Below, in pieces: positions 12,596 to 56,214 of a stretch of DNA of 64,000 bases. The first letter of the stretch is position 1; each line of letters starts with the position of its first letter. The notes under the pieces are model-generated. The model worked only from the letters and a program-made list of their open reading frames with translations. It was not told the origin of the DNA and did no database searches. The DNA comes from Botryllus schlosseri (Eukaryota). Location: contig CM119372.1 of NCBI GenBank assembly GCA_051294905.1, forward strand, positions 24,678,001 through 24,742,000. The letters are read 5' to 3'. Made by a program: the position numbers and the translations under genes.

Positions 12596-13776
12596 GATTA
12601 CCAGTGAACTCGGCACTTGGTGAATTCGGCCGGACGAACTCGGCACTTGGTGAATTCGGCCATTGGTGAACTCGGCCATCGGGAAATTTTGTAATAAAAA
12701 TGCAGTAAATATATATCTCAGATAAAGAAGAATCATGTGCCGTGGTAGATCGCGTAGCGGTCACCATATCATTGGTTACTGGAATGTTTGCCGGTGAACT
12801 CGGCACTAATCTTGAGATATCCTAACCCCAACTTTGACCCTAACCCACCTCCAATCCCCCTTTCCCTCAACCTAATATCCCCCCTTCCCTAACATCCCCC
12901 AACCCTAATCTTGGGATACCCTAACCCACCTCCAATCACCCTTTCCCCAAACCTAATATCCCCCCTTCCCTAACATCCCCCAACCCTAATCTTGGGATAC
13001 CCTAACCCACTTCCAACCTAATACCCCCCCCCTTCCCTAATCTTGGGATACCCTAATCCACCTCCAATCCCCCAACCTAATATCCTCCCTTGCCTAACAT
13101 CCCCAACCCTAATCTTGGGATACCCTAACCCACCTCCAATATCCCTTTCCCCAAACCCTAATATCCCCCTTTCCCCAAACCCTAACATCCCCCTTTCCCC
13201 AACCCTAATATTCCTCTTTCCACCAACCCTAACATCCCCCTTCCAAACCCTAATATCCCCCTTTCCCCAACCCTAATATCCGTCTCTCCGAAAGGCACAA
13301 AAAAAAAACAATTTATTTTGACGTTATAAATTTTTGTTCGTGTTCGTGGGAAACGTTTATTGGTGATCCTTTAAAACTTCGTTATTACATAAAACACAGA
13401 TATTCATCTTCTCAAAAGTCGTCCGTCCGTCCCACGCCAAGTCAAATCAACACTGAGCCGACCACGCGTGGTCGATGTGCGAACGTCTCGTTATCTCCTG
13501 CGCTTGCGCAATCCGTGATCATGTGATCTAATCACGCCGTGACTGCGTGATCTACGTGCCCTGACCTCCTTACAAGATTGACGTATCACTTGATAATACT
13601 ATTATTAGTTTAATAATTCATATTAATAGCTGGTAATACACTTTATTACAAAATTTCCCGATGGCTAAGTTCACCAATGGCCGAATTCACCAATGGCCGA
13701 ATTCACCAAGTGCCGAGTTCACCAAGTGCCGAGTTCGTCCGGCCGAATTCACCAAGTGCCGAGTTCACCGGCAACC
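12596..13776. mobile_element. Foldback-like non-autonomous DNA transposon with modular TIRs and a telomere-like minisatellite core
   Basis: TIRs >100 bp built from ~15-bp TGAA(T/C)TCGGC(ACT/CAT)TGG units; perfect 8-bp TSD AAATCAAT at 12588-12595 and 13777-13784; empty site with a single AAATCAAT at 17276-17283. Confidence 0.9.
12820..13280 (+). repeat. C-rich minisatellite containing CCCTAA (telomere-like) units
   Basis: Repeated CCCTAAC/CCCTAAT/TTGGGATACCCTAACCCACCTCCAAT units with higher-order periodicity, inside the foldback element. Confidence 0.85.
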
Positions 13777-14188
13777 AAATCAATATGTACCGGTACTGTG
13801 TCTGAGAATACTGAAATCCATGTATTCTACAAACATTTTGTAGCCTAATAATCAATGTTCCCTCCCACCACAAAAATGCGACACAATGAATAGACAGGAA
13901 GATGTCGAAGCGACTTGGATTTGGACTTAGAACTATTAAAATGAATTATATCGACCTCGCCCTCCGCCAGATGCCACCCCATTTTGTCGCTTGCGTCTTA
14001 TATTCTCTGCATTACTTTTCATTCCGTGTGCATGCCTCTTATTTACTTCGCCTAGGCTAAGGTGGGTGTCTGATCTTATAATGGCTACTCCAAGTTGTTT
14101 CGACACCTTCCTATCATTTCATTGTATCGCAGTCTTGTGATGTTTTGAAACGATGAAAATATTAATAAACCTGACTGACTGACTGACT

Positions 14189-14397
14189 ATATTACATAAT
14201 TATATTATTATCAATTGATTAGGAGGTTAGGGTTAGGATTAGGGTTATGATTAGGGTTAGGTTAGGATTAAGGTTAGGTTAGGATTAAGGTTAGGTAATG
14301 TTATTGTAACTGTTATTGTTACCCTGGCCCTGGCTGAATTTACCGAGGGCCGAATTAACTGGCCGAATTTACCGAGGGCCTAATTTACTGGAAATCG
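14189..14397. mobile_element. One-ended remnant of the foldback family with degenerate TTAGGG-like repeats (duplicated at ~17688-17896)
   Basis: GGTTAGGGTTAGGATTAGGG... run followed by GAATTTACCGAGGGCC units ending TTTACTGGAAATC (reverse complement of the family terminus). Confidence 0.7.
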
Positions 14398-14928
14398 GTG
14401 GAGTCACAACAGCAATCAGGTATCGGCGCAACAAAGTATTCAACAGCAAAAAACAGACCACCAACTTTCCTATCTTCGCCATTGAAAGTTGGTAAACTAT
14501 TTCAGAATGTAGCACCAGCACTATGTGCACCAGTGCAGTGCGGGCTGACCGGTAGTTCTTGGATTTTTCTACAGCACAATCACACTACGTATTTTGTTAT
14601 CCTTTCATAAATCCAGTATGCACTGCAGTGCATGCCTCTTATTTAAATGCTATAGGCCAAGGTGGGTGTCTGACTAAAATACTACTACAAGTCGTTTCAG
14701 CACCCTTCTATCTTTTCATTTTATCGCAATCTTGTAGTTGTGGTGTATTGATTTGATTATAGAATGTAAACAAGATCTCAAAACCGGATTCAGTAAATTC
14801 TGCGTTCTGCTTACGCAAAAGCAATTCTGAATACAGCCTCAGTGAAGCGGAACGAAGCTGCAAAATCGGTCGTTGCCATTCCATCACAGTGTTCCTTAGA
14901 ACCCTTAGAACGACCCCGTTCCTTAGAA

Positions 14929-17246
14929 CGACCCCGTTACGGCGTATACCGGTAGCAATAACGGGGATCGCGGGTGTGTTACTGGGCTCGGGACCCCGTC
15001 TCTTTGCGACTGCCGCCTGCTCATATGACACTTGCAATCACGGCACAACCAACAACACAAACACCACAAGTCTATGCGGTATAAGATTATATTAATACGA
15101 CACAAGAAACTCATGATAAACGATACTCACGGACACATATAACGCAACCAAGACGATCTACAGGCTAACTCCTATACAATACACACTGCCCAACGCACAG
15201 GAAACTATAACAAATCTCCACACAAGCCTCACGCACACATAGCCTACCCATCAGCCTACCTAGCCAAGCAGCAGCCTTGTCATCTACAAGCGAGTACGAA
15301 CTACCAACGGGGCAACATCACTCCCTAGGTGCTCGCGCAGCACCGTCAGTGACTAGGCCGTGCCCCAGCCTATCCGCGCAGAGATTCCGACCGGTACGTC
15401 CAACTCAAGCCCGCCAATACAAGACCAACTACCTACTTCACGCCCTAACTGCCTAATACCACCACTACTTCACGCTGCTGCCCCAAACTACTAATACTTC
15501 ACGCTACCAAACACAGAGACATACTCACTCGCATCCATCTTCAGCCACGCTCTCAGCCAACTCTCCCAACCAACTCAACTCAACACGCGGTCTCCAGCCA
15601 TCCCACGCGCAACAATATTCCAAACGGAAAATACCGAACATTCTGGAAACCTCGGGTTTCCACACTACCCCGGCCTATTTTGATTGAGATTTCTTCAAAC
15701 TAAATCGAAATCACTAGTTGCCCAATTCCAAAACAGTACGCTCAAGTCTACAAATAGCTTCCAATAACATGAATACGCTTGGCCTCACAGACTGCTCCCC
15801 GACATCAAAGTCCGCCGCACTAGTTCCGACTGCATTCCACAGCTTGCCATGGCCACCGTCCAAGCTGCCCTCGGGTGAATGCGAATCCACCATCAACTAA
15901 TCACGGTTCCCGGAAGGAGACGCCTGATTCTCTGCCGCCGACACACACTGACGAACTTGTCACTTCATCAGTTCCTGAGCCAACCCTGCGCTTCGACACG
16001 GCCCACGCCAGGGCTATCAGTTACGACCCGATGCTCCGCTTGACCAGCAATCCAGCATACACATTTATTGAAGCTTCCGCAATCCGCAATCAACGTCACT
16101 CGCCCAGTTATCTTCAGCCATCCGCCTCTATACTGCACTCCGCCAGCACATAACCCCAGGCTCTGTAACATCTTCAGTTCAAGTGCACGCACATGCACTG
16201 CAGGCACTGGTTACAATTTCTTCACAGCCAATCCACTCACTATAATTGGCCTCCGCTTCGTACTTCGTAGTAGCCAAACCAGTACGAACGCTCGTTCCCA
16301 TTGTTCACGTCATAAAGAATCCACAGAACACTCGGCCACCGCAGACACAATAACAAATAGCTATTCCAAACGTTCCGCCCAAAAAAGCTTCATCTCTCAA
16401 ATACGAATATACGATATACCGGCACTCGATAGTCGACATATTATATGCATGCACAGCAGCGGCAATCACAAAGATAAACAAGGTCCTGGCGTGCTCGCCA
16501 AAATTTGTAGCGACCCCGTTACGGCGTATACCGGTAGCAATAACGGGAATCGCGGGTGTGTTACTGGGCTCGGGACCTCGTCTCTTTGCGACTGCCGCCT
16601 GATCAAACGACACTTGCAATCACGGCACAACCAACAACACAAACACCACAAGTCTATGCGGTATAAGATTATATTAATACGACACAAGAAACTCATGATA
16701 AACGATACTCACGGACACATATAACGCAACCAAGACGATCTATAGGCTAACTCCTATACAATACACACTGCCCAACGCACAGGAAACTATAACAAATCTC
16801 CACACAAGCCTCACGCACACATAGCCTACCCATCAGCCTACCTAGCCAAGCAGCAGCCTTGTCATCTACAAGCGAGTACGAACTACCAACGGGGCAACAT
16901 CACTCCCTAGGTGCTCGCGCAGCACCGTCAGTGACTAGGCCGTGCCCCAGCCTATCCGCGCAGAGATTCCGACCGGTACGACCAACTCAAGCCCGCCAAT
17001 ACAAGACCAACTACCTACTTCACGCCCTAACTGCCTAATACCACCACTACTTCACGCTGCTGCCCCAAACTACTAATACTTCACGCTACCAAACACAGAG
17101 ACATACTCACTCGCATCCATCTTCAGCCACGCTCTCAGCCAACTCTCCCAACCAACTCAACTCAACACGCGGTCTCCAGCCATCCCACGCGCAACAATAT
17201 TCCAAACGGAAAATACCGAACATTCTGGAAACCTCGGGTTTCCACA
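14929..17246 (-). mobile_element. Non-autonomous LTR retroelement (TRIM/LARD-like), minus orientation
   Basis: Intact 741-bp LTR 16506-17246 (TG...CA); second LTR 14929-15664 lacks the terminal 5 bp; ~7 differences between LTRs by eye. PBS at 16484-16500 (+ strand TCCTGGCGTGCTCGCCA, resembling the tRNA-Arg(ACG) 3' end plus CCA). PPT (minus strand AATAGGCCGGGGTAG) abuts the 3' LTR. The ~840-bp internal region has no recognisable gag/pol. Confidence 0.9.
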
Positions 17247-18401
17247 CTGCATTAATGCCAATAAACGAACACAGTAAATCAATATGTACCGGTACTGTGT
17301 CTGAGAATACTGAAATCCATGTATTCTACAAACATTTTGTAGCCTAATAATCAATGTTCCCTCCCACCACAAAAATGCGACACAATGAATAGACAGGAAG
17401 ATGTCGAAGCGACTTGGATTTGGACTTAGAACTATTAAAATGAATTATATCGACCTCGCCCTCCGCCAGATGCCACCCCATTTTGTCGCTTGCGTCTTAT
17501 ATTCTCTGCATTACTTTTCATTCCGTGTGCATGCCTCTTATTTACTTCGCCTAGGCTAAGGTGGGTGTCTGATCTTATAATGGCTACTCCAAGTTGTTTC
17601 GACACCTTCCTATCATTTCATTGTATCGCAGTCTTGTGATGTTTTGAAACGATGAAAATATTAATAAACCTGACTGACTGACTGACTATATTACATAATT
17701 ATATTATTATCAATTGATTAGGAGGTTAGGGTTAGGATTAGGGTTATGATTAGGGTTAGGTTAGGATTAAGGTTAGGTTAGGATTAAGGTTAGGTAATGT
17801 TATTGTAACTGTTATTGTTACCCTGGCCCTGGCTGAATTTACCGAGGGCCGAATTAACTGGCCGAATTTACCGAGGGCCTAATTTACTGGAAATCGGTGG
17901 AGTCACAACAGCAATCAGGTATCGGCGCAACAAAGTATTCAACAGCAAAAAACAGACCACCAACTTTCCTATCTTCGCCATTGAAAGTTGGTAAACTATT
18001 TCAGAATGTAGCACCAGCACTATGTGCACCAGTGCAGTGCGGGCTGACCGGTAGTTCTTGGATTTTTCTACAGCACAATCACACTACGTATTTTGTTATC
18101 CTTTCATAAATCCAGTATGCACTGCAGTGCATGCCTCTTATTTAAATGCTATAGGCCAAGGTGGGTGTCTGACTAAAATACTACTACAAGTCGTTTCAGC
18201 ACTCTTCTATCTTTTCATTTTATCGCAATCTTGTAGTTGTGGTGTATTGATTTGATTATAGAATGTAAACAAGATCTCAAAACCGGATTCAGTAAATTCT
18301 GCGTTCTGCTTACGCAAAAGCAATTCTGAATACAGCGTCAGTGAAGCGGAACGAAGCTGCAAAATCGGTCGTTGCCATTCCATCACAGTGTTCCTTAGAA
18401 C
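17247..18401 (+). repeat. Copy 2 of the ~1.15-kb direct duplication (uninterrupted)
   Basis: Begins on the base after the intact LTR end; near-identical to copy 1 but lacks the foldback insertion. Confidence 0.95.
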
Positions 18402-18621
18402 ACTATGATTCCATGTTTACATTCTATAATTTGATAAAATTTTCAATAAAATGATGATGATGATAGCATAGCACGTTGTAAATAGCTATGATGCTAGTGA
18501 TGACCTTAGATTAAGATGGTGATGACGTGATGCGATACACAGGACACAATTCGATGCAATGAACATACAGGAGATGTCTAAACGATGATGAAGGTTTTCT
18601 CAATCCAACATCAACCTATAG

Positions 18622-20727
18622 CAGAGGTGGTCAGTAACGAAGTACTTCTACTTTTTGGAAGTACTCAAGTAGTTTTCCTCTACTTCTGGTACTTAGTCAA
18701 GTAGATCTGGTTTTCTCTACTTCTACTTCGTAATATTTTGCGATCTACTTACTTACTTTTCGCTATTTACGCAGTTTGTCAAGTAGAATTAGTTTGATCC
18801 CCCAATACGAAAGATAGCCTGAGGAATGTCGGGGCTGTTTTCTCGGAGTACCAACATTTAATATTCATAAAAGTCAAATAAAGCCCATACATTTTGTTGC
18901 GCTTCGCGCACAGCAGTTATGGAGTGACAATTATGTTTTCACGAAAGTATCAGTGAATATAATTTAGGTACCGGATTGCTTGGTTCCGCTCACACCCCAT
19001 TGTCGCCCATATCAAGCATTTCGAGTAAATATGGCCTCCCATAACGTTTGAAACTACCGTTTCGTAATCTAGCAATTACCCATCATATGGTAATCTAGCA
19101 GCCCATGACGTGTCCTGCTAATCTGGAAAATACGACTTTTTTAACGTTACACCTGTTTCAGCAGATCCCTTTTGAAGCTTTATGGACAAAAGACATGAAA
19201 TATATTTTACGCGCTTTTTAGAAGTGGTATTTGTATTTCACTTTCAATTCTGGGTATCATACATTGAGTTCTATTTTCTAAATGGCAAATTTGTTTTACT
19301 TAAAAACCTAAAAAATTAAAATTTGACATTTTTTGACCTTAACAAACTTAATTTTGACCAAATTTTGACCTAACGTATGAAAATTAGGTGTTTGTCCACA
19401 TAATGTTAGAATTGCACTACTTATCATCATTTCTGGTTCGAACTGTCTGTCCTTACGAATTAGTTCGGCCTGAAAAAACTTTTTTTACTCAAAAACTTTT
19501 TCATAAAAAACTTGATTTTAACGAAATCTGTCCCTATGAAAAATTTCAGTAGTTACATCACGCATTGTGGTAAAAATAACTAAAATCTGTAGTAGTACAA
19601 CGAAAGATACTTTCCTACATTCTCGGGTAGAAGGTACGTAGCCTACGTGTCTGTCCTTACTAAGTAGCTATAAGCTAGAACGTTCAACAGTAGCAGTTGT
19701 TGGCTGACAACACTGAAGTTGTGCGTGCGTACACTGCTGGTGACACACCGTGTTGCTTCATTCTGACAATGGTGTCTACGTCACAATTTTTCATAATGCG
19801 CTTCTTGATCTAAGAACCATGCAATGTCCACGCAGTCTTGCTTCAGTTATAGGATATTGCGTAACGTTGAGCATAACACCATATCAACCGATTTGTTTTA
19901 TTTGAATGTTTCTGATTCACAATGGGCTGTCTACAACGGTAGGTCTATAAAGTAGGCTACAAGCCCTAAAATGTCAAATGATAAGTTCCCCGACAGAACA
20001 AAATCTACGATACAAACGAAATGCAGGTTGTAAATTTTTTTTTTAATTGTAAACAATTTTGACATTTTTTGACCTAACGCTACAATTCTGACCTAATTTT
20101 GACTTTTTTTGACATGTCAGTTCGTTTGTCTGCAGAACATATACATGTTGAAGCATGGATGCAAGTGTAGTAATGCCTCTATTTTCCAAAAATAAACCTA
20201 CACTAAATACAACTTTTACGATTCAAAATATTTGTTATTAACGTATACTAATCCCGCAAAGAGATGAAACCGTATTCGATACAACTTCTACGTATTGCTC
20301 TTCGCCTGAACTTGGGACCTTATAATATGGGGTTGGGCGCCATGCCATGATATTCTCTAAAACGGGGTCTTCTAGTAAACAAAGGGTTAGTATCGCATTT
20401 TCATATCAATACTATAATTTGCATCCCATGATGCGAAAGAATGCTTATTCAGTCGAAAATTGATAACTCCTGGGATGCATCAATACGAATCAAGGTCTCT
20501 TCACCTTCCGCATAGCTCAATTCGCAGCTTTTTACAGTCGATGCGAATTTAAGACTGTTTTCAAAACTACTTACTTGCTTAAGTAGATTTAAAGTCAGTA
20601 AATTCTACTTCAAGTAGTTTTAGGTGGCTTATGGAAGAAGTACTTCTACTCGTACTTGAGTATATTTTTTTCGTCGTTACTTCCACTTCTACTTGAGTAG
20701 CTTTCTTGACTACTTTGACCACCTCTG
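18622..20727. mobile_element. 2.1-kb non-autonomous hAT element with Tol2-like termini
   Basis: TIRs CAGAGGTGGTCA / TGACCACCTCTG; subterminal AAGTA/TACTT arrays; 8-bp TSD ACCTATAG / GCCTATAG (1 mismatch). Remnants of the same family near 3903, 26440, 34053 and 39155. Confidence 0.85.
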
Positions 20728-21074
20728 GCCTATAGGCTGGTTACCGATGCAACCGGGTTTGATCAGGTTGCTGCTCTGTAGACTGTCTTCCCTTGGACGC
20801 CTTTTCGTGCTCTATTTCATTCGTTCTTCAACGTGTCTTTCTCTGGGCTGGAGGGCATGAGCAGGAGCCCAGATAAACCCTACAGACTTCGAAATTTACT
20901 TCTGATACTGATGACACTGTGCTGCGCTAATTTTAGGGTTATCACAGTATTGACGGTTCTCAGTGTACTTTTTGATGCTGAATTCAAAACTGTTATCCGT
21001 TTTTTCAATCAGGTCTAGTTTTCGACAATTACAATTCTTCGACAATGTTTATTGAATAGCCTACCTCTACCGAT

Positions 21075-21220
21075 AGGGATGTTTCGGATACTTGACGAGA
21101 TTCTTTGGATTATCTCGGAGTTTGGGATTGAGCTCTTTTGGAGTCGGAGGGAGATTTCCTCAAAGACTAAAGTTGTCGGAGGAATACGAATTCTCGAAAA
21201 GCACTATCCGCTCATCACTG
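21075..21220. repeat. Short dispersed repeat (MITE-like)
   Basis: GGATACTTGACGAGATT...GGAGTCGGAGGGAG...CTCGAAAAGCACTATCCGCTC.TCACTG recurs at ~62009-62149. Confidence 0.7.
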
Positions 21221-21649
21221 GACCAAAGTTTCTCAACTAGTTTCGGATTGGGGTATAAATTGTAGAGCATCCTACAGGTGATACAAGTGATATATTACCC
21301 CGTATTAATTTTCTTTCATTTTTATGTGAGGTTTTTAATAGATGCTGATATATTTTCTACTGAAAGCATGCTGAAAGTATGGAAAGTAAGCTTTCGATAC
21401 TGAAAGTGATTTTATGAGCAATGAAGTCCGGGTCCGATCTTTAGATATTGCCATCTCAGTGATGTCAAAAACCCCAATGTACTTGTTGTACAGTAAGCAC
21501 CTGATGTGATTACTGCGGATACTTGTAAACCCAACTGGCGATTTGGTGAAGTGACTTGGTAGTTGGGGCGGCCGGGAGCTGGTGAAGTGGAATAGTTAAA
21601 AGTGTGTGACCATAATTGAAGATGAGAGGAACGGACTCATAAAGTTTAC

Positions 21650-39784
<18,135 letters not shown>

Positions 39785-40695
39785 TGAAATTTTTTTACGA
39801 TCCTTTTCCGTCTCGTTTTATTTTATGCGTTCCTGCACAGTGTCTTACTATATCAAGTCTCATTTTTTTAAGTCTTAGGTAATAAATGCGAGGTTGTTAC
39901 TGAGTTTGCTGTCGATTTGGCTTGGTATGGTTTGGTTTGGGGCCAGAAATGATGGGGATCTGAAAAAAGCGGCAATTTTCCGAGTAATGTCAAAACTAAA
40001 TCGGAAATTTTATGATCCGTGGTTTAAGTTGGGGTTCTGGTTAGTTTTAGGGGCGATAAAGTCATACGCCCAAGTGTCTCATGATGTGCGGTATCATGGA
40101 AAACTGGAGGCATGTTCCACTATCGTTTTTCGACACGTCGTATGCTCAAATGTCGGCCAACAAATTTGATATCTTTTGAGCTAGCTGGTGCAAGGTCGTT
40201 TCCGTTCCCAACTATGAGACGTTTCGACATTCATTCACGCGTATGAAACAGGTTTTATTGCAACGGAAGGAAGAACGAAATAAATTGCAGTAAGAGACAT
40301 CTGTAATAAGATTACTGTGAGCTTTAAAGATAGCCTTCCATGCCTCCCAGACTGAAGGATAGCAGGCTGAAGTGCAGGTTTGGTTTGCTACGAAGATACT
40401 TGGTGTTTTCAAACAAACGGTGCATATGCTCGACGGTTATGATATAGGCTACAGTGCGCTGTCCTGGAAGTCAGTGCGCTGCCCTGGAAGTATGGAAGAG
40501 CTCGGCTGTTTGGAATAGTACACTCCAGTCCCAGGTGAATTTAGTATGCAATACTGTCGATAGTTGTGGACTTGCAACAGCTGTGTATTGTTGACTTGCG
40601 TGTTCTCTTTATTCCGTCGAGTTGTAACGGCGCCTGCATGCGGTCAGTGTTCCATGTGTAAGCCTTCAGGAATCATGGTTGTGTGCACGGGTCTT

Positions 40696-53876
<13,181 letters not shown>

Positions 53877-56185
53877 TTGTAACAGTGTTGCTACGAGAGT
53901 TATCTGCCTATGATTTTACATTATGAACGTGTATATTTCTGTAAGAATTCGGTGAACTACTCGGCCATAACTATCAGCTTTGACAATGCGACATTACATA
54001 GGCTACATCTGCCTCAGTTACATACTAAACGTACAGCGTACAAGTAAGCGGTATATCCTGCTTGAACTTGCGAAGCGTAGAATATCGAATGTGTGTGTGT
54101 ACACAAGCCCATAAAAGATTATCGGGAGTGGTCGTGTGGTATACGCGAAGACACCTTTCATATCAACCCATTCGTAAACATTCCGAGTTCGAGAAATATT
54201 CCCCGATTGTTTACCACTATAGTGAGTAAATCACGGCGAGTAAATCCTATATTCGAGGAGTTGTTGCCTTTGTCATTGTTAGCACCTTACCGCATTACCA
54301 GTAATCACGGAACTCTAATACGTGTGAGGTGATTAGGCTATGAGCAATGCGTATGCTGATGAAATTAAGCCTACTAACTATATTTACTATGACCTGTCAT
54401 ACTCGTATACATTATCCCTCGTATAGTGAACGTCAAACTATCAATTCGAAATTGATCAAAACTAGTCAAAGCAAAATATTTTGGTGTTCCATCGTCTTTT
54501 ATAGGAAAGTATGCACTTATCTTATCGTTATATGGCTTGACAGGATATGCGTCCAAGAGGGCTGGGACAAGAGTCACATCAGTCACATTCGTGTATCTAT
54601 TTGCCGCAGTCGCCAAGTGTTTTCGTCCCCATCACGCCCCTATTCCACCTTGCACGGATATTTTTAGCTCGGACAGGTGAAAGGAGAATTAACTAGTATT
54701 ATCGAAATTATCTAATCTTGAATGTAACTCCGTGTTTCATTAGGATACCTATAATATTGTGCTGTTTTGTACATTGTATTTTAGACTTACATTATTATCA
54801 ATGGTTCTTGACCGACCTATCTGTAATTACTCCCATCAAGGTAATTTGCTATTCCTTGAGGGGTAATTTGACCACATTCATTCAATGCCTATTATTCACA
54901 ATTGATTCTCAGAATGCTTATGGTCGAGATATCGATTCCGAATGTCCCCACTACTTTATAATTACTATGTTTCGGAACTAGTTTTGTGTCTGAAACTACA
55001 AAAATCTAGCTTTGTATTGGGGCTAATAGTGCAGCCTTTTTCAGAACTGCGTCAAGATATTCAATTCCATACCCCTCATATTATTGATGTGAAGTGTACG
55101 ATTTTTCGGCAATGGCATCTATATAAAAACAAAACACCGCAACAAGCTTACATTCGACGATGATACGTGTGCTACTCCGAATTTCCTCCAGGCTTGCTAA
55201 ATTTGACATCTTACTGGCAGAAGAGCAAAATCAGCTTTTTGTTGAAAGTACTCTTGAATGAAATTTATGACCTCATAATTATATTCATTATTGAAATGAG
55301 GGTAATTGAAGTTCATGTTGTTCTTCTCGGTGGTAATGATAGGCAGTGTAAAGAACACTGGTCTATATCATGAACTATATAACAGGAAAAGCAACATCAC
55401 AGTAGTGATCGACAGGATATGCGTCAATGCGTGTTGATAAGATAATGTCTACATTCCAGAATTGTACATATTTCCATATCTGCGTGTTGCGACATCTCAC
55501 TGTTGGCGCAGCTGTCCTGAACCCTGCCTGCACTTCGGACGGTCGCGGTTCGTTTGAATTCTGAAATCGTGGCAAGAGCCGAACATTTCTGGCATACTGA
55601 TCGATGTGCAATCGTCACGGACGAATGGCCCAACTAGTATGTTGTCAATTTATATCGTGAATAATTTATGTGAAGGACACCGTGACCTTTTCGATATATA
55701 TATAAATATCGATTCACAACATTTTCTATTGAATTTCAGTAGCCTCCCTATAGTCAATTATTATGTATGCTTACCAATATTCTAAACAGAACATGACTTG
55801 AAAGACGTTGGACTTGGATTCATACCAGACACAATATTACATATTTCCATATTGGTAACGTAGGCCTATAATCTCAGTATTCAGCTGTAGCCCACGCGTA
55901 CGTCATACGATCGGTTTTATACCTAACTTGGGCTCTGCAGCTCAAATATGTGCATGTGCATGTGTATAGAACAGGGTCGGCAACCTTTCGTGCAGCGTTC
56001 GAAAAACGGGCTGCGACACCGGGAACTAGGCCGAGGTGGATGCCAGTTTAAGAGACCGCAACTGCAACCGCACTGGGTCGTTCGGCATCCTCCCATCTGT
56101 TCCTTACATCGCATTGTGTCTTATCGGATTGTACATTGTGTGTGTATTGTTCAGATAAAAATATAATCTGACGATTATCTTATCT

Positions 56186-56214
56186 TACTACTACTACTAC
56201 TACTACTACTACTA
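56186..56214 (+). repeat. (CTA)n microsatellite
   Basis: About nine tandem CTA units. Confidence 0.9.

Larger units (their letters stand above)
12559..14902 (+). repeat. Copy 1 of ~1.15-kb direct duplication (interrupted by the foldback element)
   Basis: 12559-12595 plus 13785-14902 match 17247-18401; I found only two substitutions by eye. Confidence 0.95.

Noticed and set aside
12596..12680. Regularly spaced GAATTCGGC/GAACTCGGC repeats (also 13660-13776) resembling a CRISPR array
   Set aside because: Units are ~15 bp with no unique spacers, form the inverted termini of a TSD-bounded transposon, and no cas genes are present in this eukaryotic context.
13043..13276. Proline-rich ORF
   Set aside because: Translation of the C-rich minisatellite.
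14221..14296. TTAGGG-like run as a true telomere or fusion site
   Set aside because: Short, degenerate and embedded in a transposon remnant; its second copy arises from the local duplication.
16068..16724. 218-aa ORF on the plus strand
   Set aside because: Antisense to the LTR element, runs across the PBS into the LTR, and has no recognisable domain.
18255..18430. 17-bp inverted repeat ATTATAGAATGTAAACA / TGTTTACATTCTATAAT spanning the duplication endpoint
   Set aside because: Probably a small old MITE; no clear TSD, and a role in the breakpoint cannot be supported.
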